IMG/VR virus record: IMGVR_UViG_3300030207_001921
Span: 1-47,897 of that record
Source: a virus
Taxonomy: Duplodnaviria; Caudoviricetes
DNA: 47,897 nt
Strand: one strand, 5' to 3'
Position numbers and translations under genes: made by a program. This document shows positions 46,505 to 47,897 of the stretch, piece by piece. The first letter of the stretch is position 1. Each line of letters opens with the position of its first letter. The notes under the pieces were generated by a model. That model saw nothing but the letters and a program-made list of their open reading frames with translations. It ran no database searches and was not told where the DNA came from.

Positions 46505-47897
46505 AATTCTGCTAACATATCATCTATCGAAACAAAACCACCATCTTTGAATGCTGGTATTCTTTTGCCTTCTGCTAAAGCCTTTCTTATTGGATCAAGG
46601 TCAAAAACATAACTATTAACTCTAGGCAAATCTTCCTTACCCATAAAAAATTGTGGTGCCCTTATGCCTTTTTTAACCAAATTTGCGTATTCTTCACCCA
46701 ATTCCTCAATAAGAATTTTTCCGTCATCTTTCGTTAACTGTCTAGGCGAATTAATGTAGGGAGGCATCTTTTCAGCTACAAACTCTTCCAGCTTTCTTGA
46801 CCTACTCATTTTTGCTGCCTGTTTGAACTGAGAAGGTGTGAGCAATTTTAATTGTGGATATGCGCCGTCTAATGTTGCCATATCAATATCTAATCCATCT
46901 TGTTTATACTTTGGTTCTATTTTTATATGTTTATCTGGATCTAGACCTAATTCTCTATAAATTTTAAGCATTTCTTCATAAATATTTTTGTAATTTCTGT
47001 AAACTGCACTTTTCTCCGCGTATTCGTCTGCCTCTGGCATAACTTCGTAAAATTTTATATTCGTAGTATTGCTTAAATCATTAACAAGTTTTCTTGTAGG
47101 AAATTTATGTTGTTGTGTATTTGAACCTTTAACATAAGGATCTGGATCAGTTATTGTTAATTCTTCACCTTTTTTTGTTAAGGGTATGTTGTCTTGTGTG
47201 ATAGCTTTGTTTAGACCTTTTTTACTTATTTCGGCTAATCTTTTTATTGTTGCCTCTGAGTCTGCATATAAGTTTGGACTTATTGCATATTCGACTACAC
47301 CCCCTTCACTAGATATATTAGGATTTGTTCCATCTCTTACTGCATAATAATTTTTTCTATTTGCTATTCTTTTGGCACCCTCGGTCATTTCGTCAGTATT
47401 AATAAGTGTTTTACCTTTACCTTTTATAGCCTTAACTCCATCTTGGAAAGGGTTTACAAAATCTTCATCAATCAATCCTGCTCCGATAAATTTATCGATT
47501 CCAGTACCGCTAAATAAATACCCAGCTCCAGCTTCTACTTTAGCTTTAGCAACATCTAATTTTTGCCCTGCGTCTTTTAATTTTTTAAGTTTTCTTTTTT
47601 CGGATTCTTTTATAAAAAATTTTTCCTCTCTTGTTAAATTTATTTTTTCGGCTGGTTGTGTGCCTATCATCTTTGGGTTTGGGTTATTTACCACAAGACT
47701 TTGTAAAGTTTCATCATCTGCTTTTCTTATATCATCTATAGTGGTGCCCTCTTTCAACATAAAATCATCAAACAATAAATCTTCGCCTCGGAACAAATTT
47801 ATGTCTTTGTTTTCTGCTCTAGCAAGGTCGTTGTAATTATCTATAAACCCTCTCAAATCTTCTATTTTTGCATCAAACCCCGCGCCTGAAGTAGGAA
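46501..47897 (-). CDS. Large hypothetical protein, probably 5'-truncated by the window end
   Basis: ORF of at least 451 aa; stop overlaps the terL start; C-terminal FKDGGFV. Confidence 0.65.
   Translation of the reverse strand, partial: PTSGAGFDAKIEDLRGFIDNYNDLARAENKDINLFRGEDLLFDDFMLKEGTTIDDIRKADDETLQSLVVNNPNPKMIGTQPAEKINLTREEKFFIKESEKRKLKKLKDAGQKLDVAKAKVEAGAGYLFSGTGIDKFIGAGLIDEDFVNPFQDGVKAIKGKGKTLINTDEMTEGAKRIANRKNYYAVRDGTNPNISSEGGVVEYAISPNLYADSEATIKRLAEISKKGLNKAITQDNIPLTKKGEELTITDPDPYVKGSNTQQHKFPTRKLVNDLSNTTNIKFYEVMPEADEYAEKSAVYRNYKNIYEEMLKIYRELGLDPDKHIKIEPKYKQDGLDIDMATLDGAYPQLKLLTPSQFKQAAKMSRSRKLEEFVAEKMPPYINSPRQLTKDDGKILIEELGEEYANLVKKGIRAPQFFMGKEDLPRVNSYVFDLDPIRKALAEGKRIPAFKDGGFVSIDDMLAEL

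Noticed and set aside
17481-47836. Many plus-strand ORFs in the late region
   Set aside because: They are antisense shadows of long minus-strand genes and lack RBS or motifs
1-47897. Integrase, tRNA or rRNA genes, endolysin
   Set aside because: None was recognised by eye; absence is not proven without tRNAscan and HMM searches

Overview
This window is an almost complete genome of an AT-rich, tailed dsDNA bacteriophage. Its gene set looks podovirus-like and resembles uncultured marine phages; the host cannot be determined from sequence. 1-4300: early region of small ORFs with consensus sigma70 promoters and CCGAC repeats. 6421-16648: terminase small subunit, a C5-cytosine methyltransferase with repeated modules, recombination/replication genes (RecE-like exonuclease, DUF669, Sak4-like ATPase, HTH, primase-polymerase/helicase) and a holin. 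16778-47897: minus-strand late operon with terminase large subunit, portal, GroES, scaffold, major capsid, small basic proteins, head-tail and tail proteins, tail fibre and ejection proteins. The standout is 4351-6204. A solo Cas7/RAMP-like gene is translationally coupled to a helical partner gene and followed by a ~590 nt non-coding array of 12 units. Each unit is GGCA plus 7-11 pentamers G(T/G)Y-NN with variable dinucleotides, and hairpins flank the array. This is a candidate CRISPR-independent RNA-guided system (VIPR-like). All protein calls come from motif recognition by eye; no searches were run.
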